Below, piece by piece: positions 28,724 to 44,129 of a stretch of DNA of 64,000 bases. The notes under the pieces are model-generated. The model made no database searches. It saw only the letters and a program-made list of their open reading frames with translations, and was not told the origin of the DNA. The first letter of the stretch is position 1; each line of letters opens with the position of its first letter. This DNA is from the human T2T-CHM13v2.0 reference genome, Homo sapiens. Location of the stretch: NCBI RefSeq assembly GCF_009914755.1, contig NC_060941.1. The stretch is one strand, 5' to 3'. A program made the position numbers and the translations under genes.

Positions 28724-31024
28724 TAGCAAGGAATATGGATCACAAGATTGGGTGTTCTCAGTTTTAAAGCCAGGCAATGTCAAGATTTGTTATTTGGCCA
28801 AGTCTGTGGTCTTTATTATTTTTTTGTCCCACCATGTCATTTGCTCAGTGTGATTTGTGCATTTCCAGTGTCATCCGTCACTGCTGGGGAGCAGACAAAT
28901 ATCACATAGAGGATTAGAGAAAGTGATTTTGTGCTTAGAAAATAATTGAATGAAGATTTACTTTGTGACTGGAAGCTGCAGGATAGCATCCTGTTTTAAA
29001 ACCTCTCATTGGGTTATATAACCAGAGGTGACCCAAAGTCTTTGAAGATGAGGCACCATCTCTGAGTGAGTTTTTGTTGGATAGCCTATGCTTGCTTGAG
29101 CAAAGACTTGTTTAAGGGCCAAGGGGGGCCCCCACGACAATCATCAGATGGAATCTTCCATGACACGTCTCCACTTCCTTCCAGCTGAGTGGCTGTTGTC
29201 TTTAAGTTGCCTTCCTTCTACCAAGGTCAGGCAGATGTTTGTTGAAGGTTTGCTATGTAACAGGTACCACCTTATTACCTCTTTACTCCAATTTCCTTTG
29301 CTTCATATACCATGGTGAGATGAATTCCTTTAGAGCCCCAAATTAAAAAAAGACAAAAAACAATAGCTCCTGATTTTTAGCCAGGGGAAACCCTATGATG
29401 TCCATCTCCAGGCAAACCTAATGCATCCTTTTGTTTTATTGAGCCAGTCTTTTCCTCTTTCAACAATGCTAGCAAGACTTCTCAAATGTCTTCATTAGAT
29501 TATCTTACAAAATATGCATTACCCAATTTAGTTTGGAACTTGGACCCAAAGATCAAGGCCAGCCATCTCTGATTTTTGGAACCTCTGGCTGTTGCTCAGT
29601 TTTCTGGGGCAGCCTTTCCCAGGCACATGCTGCATGCAGCCAGCGTCGGCCAACCTCCAAGCTCCTCTTTCCTGTTCCCCTCACGGTAAGTGGGGGTGTT
29701 GGGGAGGAGAGGGGGCATCTACACTTTTTCTCCTTAGTCACCCAGGATTGGGCACATTCTGTTTCTTCTTCCTTTGGAGATCATCCATTCTGAATTTCGA
29801 ATCTTCAAGTAGGCTTAGAGGGCTCTTTATCCCTCAGATAACGTGTCTATGAGTGGCTGTCTGGAAACACATGGCCTTTCTGTCTGCCTCTCATAGGGTG
29901 AATCCAGTCCTTCAAATGGGAAGCTTTCGTGTAAGGTAGGTGGGGAGGGGGTAGTTAAGGCAGGTTGGGAGGAAATTATTTTGGGATAGGTAAAGCTTTT
30001 TGCTGCCTCTGCAAATTGTGCTGGATAATGAGGGCCCGGGTCTTCTTAGGATAACATTCGGCATGAGTTTTTTTGAGGTGTGCAATAGAAATACTTCCAG
30101 CTGTAGATACATAATTGCATTGACCTGCAAATCATAGACAGAAAGAACAGGTACAAAAAGCAAACTATTCTTCCATGGGATTTGATAAGTGTGAGTTTTC
30201 TTAACAGTGTTCACTGAATGTGGAGATGGTTTTTTTTAAAAAGAGATGAAAGGCCCAAATGTTTGAACGATTAAGTAGGGAATAGGAATGCTTATTTTCC
30301 AACCAAAACACTACATCTGTAATAAACCGTGATGAGGAAGTAATGCCCCTGTAACCTTTTTCCTTTGGTAATTTATCTTTCTTATTCCAGTGGATGAAAG
30401 ATGACTGTGTGCCTGGGGAGAGAGAGCAGATCAGATTAATTTGTGCCATCACAGCACGGCTTTATTATCCGTCCTTCGAGAGTTTTGCAATCAAGATGCT
30501 TTTAGCAGAAACACAGTGGAGAAAGGCCACTTCTCTCAGGGCTTGTAGGAGCTAAGCACTGCCCTTTGAGTGTCTCTGTGCTGCCTGGGCAGCCAAGAGG
30601 GCTGTTTTCTTCGATTCACACTCACCTCCTCCTGCCCCTGACTGTGCAGGGCAGACAGGTGTGGCCAGCGTGCTGGGCAGCCAGCAGGATCCCTCACCCA
30701 GGGCACCTCCCCCTCTAAAGGGATGCTTGCTTTAAGAGATCTCCACTTGTCACCTTTCTGTGGATGGTTCCTGTTTGGTTATCTGGCTCTTTGTCTGCTC
30801 AATGCCAGGCATGCATTTTCTTTTTTAAAATGTATATTTTTACAGTGACATGGTATCATGAGTACCTTTAAAATGTGTATTTTTACAATCACATTATATT
30901 ATGATTACCTTAAAAGAAAACCCTTTAAAAAGAATTATCCATGATTCTATTTCCCTAATATACTGTATCTTCATCCTCTGAGTTGTATATATGTGTATAT
31001 GTGTATGTCTATGTAGGTATATTT

Positions 31025-31060
<36 letters not shown>
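31025..31060. repeat. (TG)n microsatellite
   Basis: Direct reading. Confidence 0.9.
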
Positions 31061-31364
31061 CTATTTTGTCATATACCCATTTTCCTGTTACCCATGTAAA
31101 AAATCTTGGCATCAGCTCTTTACCCTTTCTGCTCTGGAAATCCTGCCAGTGCATATGACATGATGAAAGGACGGGGGGCTGTGGTGTCCAGCAACTCTTA
31201 GCATGAATCCTGATTCCATCACATGGTGACTCAGCCTTGGGAAAGACCATCCTTTGTTTGTTGGTTCATTCATCTATCCATCTGTCTGTCCTCCCTGCCT
31301 CCCTTCCTGTCTCCCATTCACAAGCATTCACTGTACAGCATGCTAGATGTGGGGGATCTGGGCA

Positions 31365-31512
31365 GCATTTTCCCATCCATAAAATATAGATATTGCAGCA
31401 TATTAAGGAGCATTGTTAGGAGGATTCAATTTGCTAATAATGCATGTGAAGGGACCCAGTACAACAACAGCAACAGCCTGGCACGTGATAAGATGCTCAG
31501 TAAATGGTGCTG
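31365..31512 (+). mobile_element. MIR 3' part
   Basis: ttgttaggaggattcaa..aatgcatgtgaag..gcctggcacgtgataagatgctcagtaaatg. Confidence 0.65.
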
Positions 31513-31988
31513 TGTGGTCAGTCAGCAAGTCTCATCGTTCTTGTGTAATTTCCCTGGCCTCTGTTACTTCCATTTCTTAGCAGCCTGCATGATGATGGCC
31601 AATTACTTTCATACCTAGACTATGCAAGAGGCTTCTAATGAGGCATTATAGGCCTCAATCTATTCTATTAAATTCTTCCTATTACCACCATTTGCACTTC
31701 TAAAGCATTGTTTTTGTCTGTGTTACTCTTTGTTCAGAACCTTTCAGTGATTTCCTAGGCTATTCTGAATTTCTTACTGGCCACTCACAGCCCTCTCAGT
31801 ACTCTGGGCTCCTCTTGGGATTTCAGCTCTGAGCCATCCTGCCACCCTCTTCCACCTACGGAAATGACTCACCCTCTTTGGTCTTCTGTATCTACTGCCA
31901 TATGTGCAGGGAACTGTATTATCATTGGTGAGAGGAGAAAATAGCGTATGAGCCACACATTTGGGAAACTCTAACCTTCCTTGTGCAG

Positions 31989-32356
31989 AGTCTTAGTTCA
32001 TTTTTGCTGCTATAACAGAATACCTGAGACTAGGTAATTTGTAAAGAACATAAATTTGTTTTCTTACAGTTCTAGAGGCCAGGAAGTCGAAGATCAAGGT
32101 GCCAGCATTGAGCAAGGGCCTGTTTACTGCATGCTCCCAGGGGGAGGAAGACCTTGTCCTCGTGTGGCAGAAGGCAGAAGGGCAAAGAGACAAAAGGGGG
32201 CTCTACTCACCTTTTTGTAATGACATTAATTCTACCCCTGAGGGCAAAGCCCTCATGGTGGAGTGACCCCCCAAGGGTCCCATCTCCCAAAACTGCCACC
32301 ATGGCAACCAAATTTCAACATGGGTTTCACAGCTGACATGAAATCAAACCACAGCA
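31989..32356 (-). mobile_element. MSTD/MLT1A-like MaLR solo LTR
   Basis: gtcttagttcatttttgctgctataacagaatacctgagact...caaaccacagca; 5-bp TSD tgcag. Confidence 0.9.
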
Positions 32357-32546
32357 TGCAGTAAAGACTTATGACTAACCTAGTATTCCTGAGGGTATAC
32401 TGTTTTTTAACATGTTGTTATTATTCAACAAATGATAAGAGTAGTAGATGATGCCTTTTTGGAGCTAGACTTCAAGCTTTCAAGGAGAGACTAGGTCATT
32501 TATTTTTTGCGTCCTCTATCTTATTACCATCAATACAAACCTTTCA

Positions 32547-32888
<342 letters not shown>

Positions 32889-33258
32889 TCATCCTTAGGA
32901 CTATTTATCAAAACCATGTTAAGCTTTGAAAATATTTACTGGGTAGTAGATTTTGCTGAATTTGCAGGAACTCTCCCAACTGGTGACAGAATCTGTAGCA
33001 AAAAGACAGATATAGGAAGGTGTTAAGGTGTTTGCTAAGATTGTTTTGATTCATTTCAAAGGTCTGTTTTCTGTAGATTGCATTTGTGTCTGAATGAGTT
33101 TATTAAGTTGCTGAGGAAGTCCTGCAACCCACATTTAGGGATACTCACATTATTTATAATCAGTTATTCTCTTTATATTTTATTTCAACCACGGAATACA
33201 ATGTTTATATACATTTATATGTGTGTGTTAGTGTGTTGCTATAGGATGGTGCAAAGTA

Positions 33259-33604
33259 TTTTATTTTATTTTATTTTATTTTATTTTATTTTATTTTATT
33301 TTTTGAGACGGAGTTTCACTCTTGTTGCCCAGTCTGGAGTGCAGTGGCATGGATCTTGGCTCACTGCAACCTCCACCTCCCACGTTCAAGCGATTATCCT
33401 GCCTCAACCTCCTGAGTAGCTGGGATTACAGGCGCCCATCACTATGGCCAGCTAATTTGTGTATGTGTGTGTGTGTGTATTTTTAGTAGAGATGGGGTTT
33501 TACCATGTTGGCCAGGCTGCTCTTGAACTCCTGACATCAAGTGATCTACCTGCCTCGGCCTCCCAAAGTGCTTGGATTACAGGCATGAACCGCTGTGCCC
33601 GGCT
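33259..33604 (-). mobile_element. AluSq-like SINE with (TTTTA)n tail and (TG)n in linker
   Basis: TSD taggatggtgcaaa on both sides. Confidence 0.92.
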
Positions 33605-34182
33605 AGGATGGTGCAAAATGTTCTAAATTTTGTTTCCCGGTTTCTACTTTGGGAAACTGTCTTACAATCTGATTCTCCTCTCCCTCAACTTCAGAGAGTA
33701 AGAGCCACAGTTTGTGGCCCTGTCAGTGCTGGCATTTTGGGACTCTGTTATCTATGAGTCTAATCAATACCAAATGTTGCTGATTCTAGAATGAAATGCC
33801 TTCTGATTGCTGTTTATAAGATTCTGTCTGTAGTGAAATTAAATTGACTTCTAACAGCAAGTATCTCTGTTTGGAAAATAAAGCTCGTATGTTAAATCAT
33901 GTCTATTCTAATTTTAGTTTCCTTTTTCTCTACCAGTTTGCTGTTTTGTGGTCCACAAGAGGTGCCATGAATTTGTTACTTTTTCTTGTCCGGGTGCGGA
34001 TAAGGGACCCGACACTGATGTAAGTAGTCCTGAAATCATGATTTGATGTCAATGTGGATTTCTGAGCTTTAATTTTTTTAACGCCTGTGCAACTGTTAGT
34101 TTTGGCACTTACTGTTAATGGGAAGACTCAATTCTCATAGAGCGTTGGCTTGTAGTAATGAGCAGATTTATAGCCCATATGA

Positions 34183-34685
<503 letters not shown>

Positions 34686-34941
34686 TAAGCTGAAATAAAC
34701 CAATAGGAGCATCATTGCTTTGGGCCAATGTAACAAACTGCTCCTGGTTTACTCCAGGGGATTCTTGCTGCCTTTTCGGTGTATGTTAAAAATGCTGCTG
34801 CTGATTGAAATAATTTAGCATCTGTTTCACTGAACAGTGATCTCTGAAGTTGCCCATGTGTGAACACATAATTTCCTCTCTTTGTGGACAATTCTGATGG
34901 TCTCTGTTGCATCTCTTGTGTACTTAAAAATGGGATCCACA

Positions 34942-35235
<294 letters not shown>

Positions 35236-36229
35236 GGATCCACAAAGGAGTCACGGAAAATACCAATGTCTAAAATATGTTGGATAGAGAGAAACTTCAG
35301 CTGTTATATGAAAAGTAATATTTTAACTGAATAAAAAAAATTGTCAGGCAGGCTTAGAAGGGTAGACATTTCTGTTCTGAATTGCTTTTGCTTGATCAGT
35401 TTAGTCACTCAAATTGTGTGCTTGAAGCGATTCCCATCTTTAATGCCTGTTCCCATCAGGAAACTTTAATTTGAAAGTGGCTTTCTCAGTGCAGGCAAGA
35501 CTAAATTCTTCCCTTTGCGAAAGATGACATTTTTGCAGTGTGCTCTGAGGGATTCCGATTTGCGTTGTTGTAACACAAGTAAGAAGGAAGTTACTGTTTG
35601 GTGTTCAGTGCACGGGAACATGCACAATGGGGTTAGGGTGCTTGTGGAGGCAAGATAGAGTGCCTGTTGTGGGCTCTGAGCCCACATACACATACACACG
35701 GGTTCCACAAAGTCTCACAGGACATGGGAGCCAGAGGAAGCTCAGGCGTCACCTTGTTTTATAACTTCATGGACAAGGAAGCCCAAGTCCATGAACGTTG
35801 AGTGACTTGCCTGCATACAAACAAAACTAGTTAGTGTCATTCCCCTGCCCTCCCCCCTGCTCCCCGCCTCCTGCCCCCTGCCCCGGCCACTTTCCATACT
35901 TCTCTTCTGGCATATTCTGGAATATTGTCTTCCTTTGGGGCATTTTAGAGATAAAAATAGCTGGAACGTAAAGTACTAACTTTTCCAAAAAGCCAAGTCC
36001 CATTGCACTTGTTTGGAGTTGTCTAAAACCTCATGTCATAGCCTTTCACTTCCTTGCTCATCATTCCCATCTTTATCTTGCTGTATTTTTCTTTCCTCTC
36101 TTCTCTTCTCTCTCCTCCCATTTCTGCCCCATCAAGAATGGGAAGGGAGGATGGGCAGGCTTCAGGATGTGAGTAGTTTGTCTGACTCCCTTCTCTTCCT
36201 TTTTCTTCCCCCTCCTACTTTTTCATTCT

Positions 36230-37065
36230 TTTGGTTGAGTATTCTTTATTGAGAACCCATAATGGGCCAAAGTCTGTGCTTAGTCCTGGGGTATAACACT
36301 AAGTACAGAGATATGCTCCTTGCCTTCCTGGACATTCTGCTGTGGGAAGGCAGACATTAAAATATCACTAATTCAAATAGGATACAGGTACACTGAGCAG
36401 GTTTCTCTAAGGGACATACTGCATTTAAACTGAGCTTGACGAATGGGTAGGAGATAGGCAGACAAAAGGAAGGGTGTGTGTGTGCGTGCGTACGCGCATG
36501 TGTGCACACATGCATGCTGGGCTGTATGGGGCCCTGGAAAAGGCTGTTTCAGACAAAGGGAAGAGCAAGTGAGAATGCCAAGATATGGGAAGGAGTTTAA
36601 TCAATAACAAACAGAAAGCTGGGAGTTGGGTGTCTGGCAAGGATTTTGGGCACAGGCTTAGGAGCATTGGGGGCCCAGGAAAGAGTTTAACCTTAAGGGC
36701 TCATCTCTTAATACAGTCACATTGGCAGTTAAGTTTCAGCATATGAATTTTCAGGACATGGACCATTAGCAGACACATTCAGTGTGAGATGCCTGACGCT
36801 GGGAGTCAGTTGAGTATGGAGGCAGGTGTGGCAGTCAGAAGTGGGGTATGTCCTAAAGATAAAGATTCCTATGATTTTTTTTTAATGCCTTGGATGTGGA
36901 TCATTTTTGCCTAGGGAGAGGGTATAGAGTGGGGAGAGAAGGGATTAGGTCTCAGGAGAGAGCTCTAAGGAACTCCAACATGTTGCATGGGAGAGGAAGA
37001 TCAGGGTAGGGAAACCAAGAAGGGGCAGCCAGAAAAGTAGGAAGAAAACCAGGGGAGTGTGATGC
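36230..37065 (-). mobile_element. L2 LINE, interrupted by an MST 5' remnant at about 36691-36775
   Basis: tttattgagaaccc..tgtgcttagtcctgggg 3' end; gagatgcctg, gagctctaaggaactccaacat, gaagaaaaccaggggagtgtg body. Confidence 0.7.
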
Positions 37066-37653
37066 TGATTGAATGATTTCCTAAGGGGCTATAGGCCAAT
37101 ACTGTGATCGTATCTCTGTGTTTGTTATGAATTCTCTACGTTGCTGAAACTGCGTATAAGTAGGTAACATACAGTTTGTAAAGGACAATCTTATTTACAT
37201 GGGAAAGTCTTTGTTTATGCCCACCATGGATCAATTGATGCCTGTTAATTATTTTTGGTAACTCATTTCATGCTCAGATTTTTTATCTTGTTTGGCTGAT
37301 CATTATGGGGTCATCCTACTCATAGGGCCTGGAGCCAGGTAAAAAGCTTTAGAAAAGATATGCTTGGTGCGAAATATAACGGAAACACACCCGTGAGCTG
37401 ATGCCCAGCCATGTCCTGCTCCTAATCTTGTGTTGACTTTCTGTAGATGCTGAGTCTTACACTTAAAATATCCTTGAAAGTAATGATGATTAGATGAATT
37501 TTTTTTAATGTGAAAGAGAAAGAGGTATATTAGATATTCAATGCAGTCCTGCCTGCCTGGTTCACAAAAGATCATGCATTCACCCAAAAGATCATGCATT
37601 CACACCTGCATCCATACTCAACTGACTCCCAGTGTCAGACATCTCATGCCGAA

Positions 37654-37932
37654 TGTGTCTGCTAATGGTCCATGTCCCCGAAAATTCATATGCTGAAACT
37701 TAACTGCCAACGTGATTGTATTAAGAGGTGGGCCCTTTAGGAGGTGATTCAGCCATGAGGTGGAGCCTTCCTGAATGGGACCAGCTCCCTTATTAGAGAG
37801 GTACAAGGGAGCTGTTACCTCCATTTCCCCTTTTAGCCCTTCTGTCATGTGAGTACACAGCAAAAAGGCACCATCCAGGAAGCAGAGCCCAGCTGGTGCC
37901 AGATACAGAATCTGCTGGCACCTTGATCTTGG
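37654..37932 (+). mobile_element. MST/MLT1A-type MaLR LTR (partial)
   Basis: aaattcatatgctgaaacttaa..gtattaagaggtgggccctttaggaggtgatt..gaatctgctggcaccttgatcttgga. Confidence 0.85.
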
Positions 37933-39952
37933 AAGAGAAAGGAGAAAATTTGATTTTTGGTCTTTGGAGCAAGAGACCTATGACTAGGGCTTTCTGCAGC
38001 CAAGGCCTGAGAAGTGTTGACTGGCTGTATGCAGGATGATTTTACTTACTGTGCAAATCTGCAAGCAAATCTTATGAAGGTACAAGGTGGCCAAACTGTG
38101 CTGCACCAGGGAGATAGTTGGAAAATCATGAAGGCATTGGGAGGTAGAACTGAGCTGAGATGCTAGAATTTTCTTATTTTATCCTTTTCTGAATACCATT
38201 TTTCTGCAAATCCCAGAAGTATTGAGCCAGAAGGGGTGTTAAGGATTTATCTGGGTTAACCTTACTTTGTGGATGAGGAGACAACTAAGGCAAAAATGAT
38301 CTGGGGTACTGTCATATGTTATCTCTTGAGTATCCAGTGGGCTTGTGGTTGATTCTTTCAAGGCAATTGGCCATGAAGAGAAACAAGATGTTGGTGGCTT
38401 GACTGGATTGTGCTGCCAGTGGAGCACATTGACAGTTATTCCTTGGTGCATTTGTTGAAAATTCTGGTCAGGTGTTTGGAAAACTAGCAGACTTATTTTA
38501 CCATCTTGAGAATTAACTTATCCTCCAGTCCTTTTCAGTGTCTTAGAAATCAATCCAATAAAAAATGCCTGCTGGCAGGCTCAGTGAGGAAGACCAGTGA
38601 AAAGAATGGGAAGTATCAGAATTTAAGAGAAAAAAAACTGCCCTAAGCATTTTTCCCCTGAAAAATTTAAAAATTTTAAATTAGGATTTTTTTTTTCATA
38701 CCATGGAGAATGGTTAAGATGTCCTGTTCATGTGCTGCTTAATAGTACCTTCGTTGAGCTTGGCAGACTCTAACACATTCACAGACGGGGAAAAAGAAGG
38801 TACAATCCTTGTGAAATCCTCAAATATTGTACCTGCTCTGCCATCTTCAAGATGAAAGGATGGGAAAAGTACTGAGAAATAAAATAGCGGTACCCAGGTT
38901 ACAGTAGCCAGATGGGAAGACATTACAAAGTTCTTTTGAACAGAGATGCTCTTCAAGACTCAAGGAGCAGTCGTAGTTGAGAGTATGCATTAGTGCAGGG
39001 AATCTTGGCAGAGAAAAGGCTCCTGGGTTCACAGAAGGACCCTCCCTGGAGATCCTCAGGCCAATTTCTCAAGGGTCCTCTGCCCCTTCTGGATGAGATG
39101 GCATTCTGTACCAGCAAATCTAGAGCAAAAAGCTGAGCAATTCCTAGACTTTAAGTCCGTCCCCATACACGCTGAGTAGAGAAGGAATGAAAGCAGAAGA
39201 CTTAAGAGAACCAACGTTAGCGGTGAGCTCATTCCCTGGTACTGCCTGTGTTTGCACCCGGGGCTCAGGCTTGGATGCTGAAGTATGTGGCTCATGGAAT
39301 GAGCAGCAGCTGTCTTCTTACCTGGTGTTGGGAAGGCACTTTGAGTTGGTGCAGGATTTATGTTTCCAGGTGTGTGGCCCTAGAATGCAGCTTGGGGCTC
39401 TGCCCAGTACCCCATTCCAGCATCCGAGGTTTCATCAGACAACATAAAATAAGACAAAAGTGCTCTGTGTTTAGAAATGGCTTCTCCCCCTTCTCCACCA
39501 AATTAAGATGCAGACTCGGACATGGGCAGGTAGAAGTCGAGAGTAGAGCCGTGGTTTTTGGGGCAGTGGGAGTAGTGAGCCTGGCTTTGCTCTGCTGAAG
39601 GGCAGCAAGTGCCCATGCTTCTTTGGCTGCCATTGATTGCCTGCCTCCGTGGGCTGCTCTGGCCATGATGGGGTGGGGCAGATTCAGGAAGGGCTAGTGG
39701 TGTGGGGTCTGCAGGGCTGGCTCTTTCCAGACTTCTTCCTCTCACTTCTTAAAACCTTAGCTCACCAGTGTCTTCTTGATCAGTGCGGAGCTCCCTGTTC
39801 TTAGAAGAGTTTCTATTCATTTTCGATTATGTCTGTTCATGAAGCCCACCCTGCTATGAAGAGGAAGAATGGGGTCTGGGGGCTTCCCATTATGCATCTG
39901 TGCATGGATGTATTGATATGTATTTGTGTGTGTATGTTTATTAGCACATTAA

Positions 39953-40260
<308 letters not shown>

Positions 40261-40321
40261 CTTTTTAAAATTCATTTTCTCTGTGTGTCTTAAGTGAGAA
40301 AGCTACAAAGCAGCACTTTGA

Positions 40322-40683
<362 letters not shown>

Positions 40684-41724
40684 GTGCCCCCCAGCTTTCT
40701 CGTCAAAAGTTGTAAGAAGAGAAGCTGTTTTTATGTGTCATCCATAAAATAACACACATGCTAAGCAACTGTTTACACATAATCTTTAGAGTGTTTACTC
40801 TGTGCATTGGATATGTGGACATTTGAGAAAGTAAGGGGTGGTGGGGGAGAGAGTGGGAGAGGGATTTGTTAAAAGGCTTCAAGCGTCTGGAGGTAGTAAG
40901 CTTTCCTCGCGTTTTTGTTGAGCCATTATGTTTTTATTTGCCCCATGTGTTTTTACCAGTGACTCTGGCTTCTCTGGGGAGAAACTTTTCCCACAGTATT
41001 TTGCACGTTTTATGTTTGAACCGTCCCGTTGAACAGAATTCAGGTGACTTCGCAGGTTATTGCTCTGTCTCACCTGGCAGACAACCAACATGTATACCGG
41101 TGACGTCACAGGTTCACTGAAGCCTGCCAGAATGTTTGGAAGGGGACCAAATGAATACATTAATTAACTTGTTAAAAGATAGGGAGGCTTGCTTCAGACC
41201 TGGGTACACCTTCAAGTCAGTGAAGATCATAAAACTGATCTATTTGAAGAAGCTGAGCGCACTGACTGTAAACATTTAAAGCTAAAAACGGAACCTATTG
41301 CACAAATTGCTACAAACCAAAAGTGATATCCCCTGTGAGACTGGACTCCGTGGAGGACTATATGTCTAGAAAGCAAAATTGCTTTCTTTTCTTTACTACA
41401 ATCTTGAGAATTCTCTCTTTCTCCAGTCCTTTTCAGTGTCTTAGAAACCGATCAGATAAAAAAGGCTGCTGAAATGTTGAAAATTCAGCATTTCAAAGAT
41501 TCATTTATAATAAAATTTAAAGCATTTAAAATAAACCTAGAAATAAATTTAACAGTGAATCTTCTGTTTTTTCGAAGTGTACTTTTAAACATTGAATTTA
41601 GAAAAAGATGATTTTGTGAGCAAAGCCAGTTCTACCCCCAAAACATTTTTATATTCCTGAACTGACACGGTAAAGTTAGATTTGCATGAGGTACAGAAGC
41701 TAAAAAGTTGCATTTAAAATTCAG

Positions 41725-41875
41725 CAGAGTATATCGTGCAGAGAGTCCTGGAGTGGGAATTGGGAGTCCTGCCAGGCCACATTACTGAAGCCCTTTCTAG
41801 ACCTTTGTTTTCTTACGTATAAATATGGAGGTTGAATTTAGAGATCTTTAAAGTTGCCTTCAGCCCCAAGTTTCA
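41725..41875 (+). mobile_element. MIR3-like SINE
   Basis: gtcctggagtgggaattgggag..gttgaatttagagatctttaaagttgccttcagc. Confidence 0.55.
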
Positions 41876-42032
41876 TTATAGTCCCTCTGTTATTAAACAT
41901 TGATTGATAGCCCTGTACTGTGAAGGTTACAAAGGTAAAGAGAGTTCCTGCCCTCCCAAGGCAGGGATTATCCTCTAATTGCAAGGGTAAACCAATTAGG
42001 CAAAGAGTTGTACTATAAGATTGCACAGGGTG

Positions 42033-42416
<384 letters not shown>

Positions 42417-43564
42417 CTAATGGGAGAATGCAGGAAGAGCTTCATAAAGATGGTGACATTTCAAGATGTATTTCAATTCTTTTCATCATTTTCCTTTGAA
42501 AATAAGTCCATCAGTGTTTTTCTGTTGCTCATGTTGGCCCATGGGAGTTATGTCTCTTGCCTAATGCTGCCATCCAGCAGTGCCTACACTCAGGTGACAT
42601 ATTTGCCAGTGGACCTGTCATAAGAGTGCAAGGAGGGAAGCCTGTAATGTTCTGCATGTCCTGTCGGGACCCCCCTCCCATGAGCCTCTGAGGAAGCCCG
42701 AGTCCATTTCTGAAACCACCCTCGGCACTTGCCCGCAGATACCCTTCTTCACTTGCTGTGATGCCACAGGAAACCTTAAAAAGAAGTTATTTCGGGGAAA
42801 CACACCCAACAAAAAAACTCCAGTGCTAATTCTGCTCTTCAGTGGGTGGATTATTTTATGTACCAGATTCACAGTAACAGAAGTATTTCCTACAAGGGAA
42901 GGGACTCCTGCTGCACTTGGACCAAATTAATTTAGCCGGGAGTTAAAAATAGCCTCCGAGACTTCTATCCTCATCCGTAGTTCTGATGAGCAAAAGGAGA
43001 CAGTGGGGGAGTGGGTGGCATGGCCATTCTCTTGACCCACCAACCTCTGGCCACAGGGAAGAGGGAGGGATGAGTATTTGCCCCGTTGTCTGCACCTGAT
43101 TAGCTGGGAAAAAATGCGCGACGTAATTACAAAGAAAATGCTCCCATTTTCACCAGTGTTTGGAAGGCATGTTTTCAAGGGAGTCACCTGGGGGCTTGTC
43201 AGCTGAATCCCTAGGTTGTAGTTCCTACCTCCCATCTTTGGAACTCCACTTTTGAATGGCCTGGACGGGCAGTAGTACATCCTTTTCAAAATCCTTACCC
43301 TTGCCGAGTTGTCAGCCTCTGAGAGGGTGGTGAGATTGTCTCGGGAGGCAGACAACAGGCCAGTGGAACCCAGTCAGAATAAGGGAGCCTTTTGAGGTGG
43401 GTAGAATTGTTTTTGGTCAAAAAAGAGGTGAGATGATCAATTAGAGTGATTTTGTTGTGAAACTTATAAAATGCCTCTGACATCAAGTCTGGGAACAGAT
43501 CTTTGTGTATTAACCATAGAGAGTGTGTTTGAATCATTGTATAATGTCTCCGGGGCACTTTTAT

Positions 43565-43706
43565 TTAATATGCTTATTTATTTATTTACTTATTTGAATT
43601 TTAGAGGTGAGACTTGCTATGTTGCCCAGGCTGGACTTGAACTCCTGGACATAAGTGATCCTCCTGCGTAGCTGGGGAGACAGGCGTGAGCAGCTTCACC
43701 TGGGGC
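43565..43706 (-). mobile_element. FLAM/Alu monomer
   Basis: gctatgttgcccaggctggacttgaactcctgg..caggcgtgagc; single arm. Confidence 0.75.
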
Positions 43707-43728
43707 ATGTTTGGTTTTTTAAAAATTA

Positions 43729-44052
<324 letters not shown>

Positions 44053-44129
44053 CTAGGCAACATAGCGAGACCCTATTTCTTAAATTAAAAAAAAAGGTCA
44101 TATTACTTAATGATCATATTTACACAGTG

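Noticed and set aside
42927-43355. 142-aa repeat-free minus-strand ORF
   Set aside because: Non-ATG start, no homology recognised, length compatible with chance.
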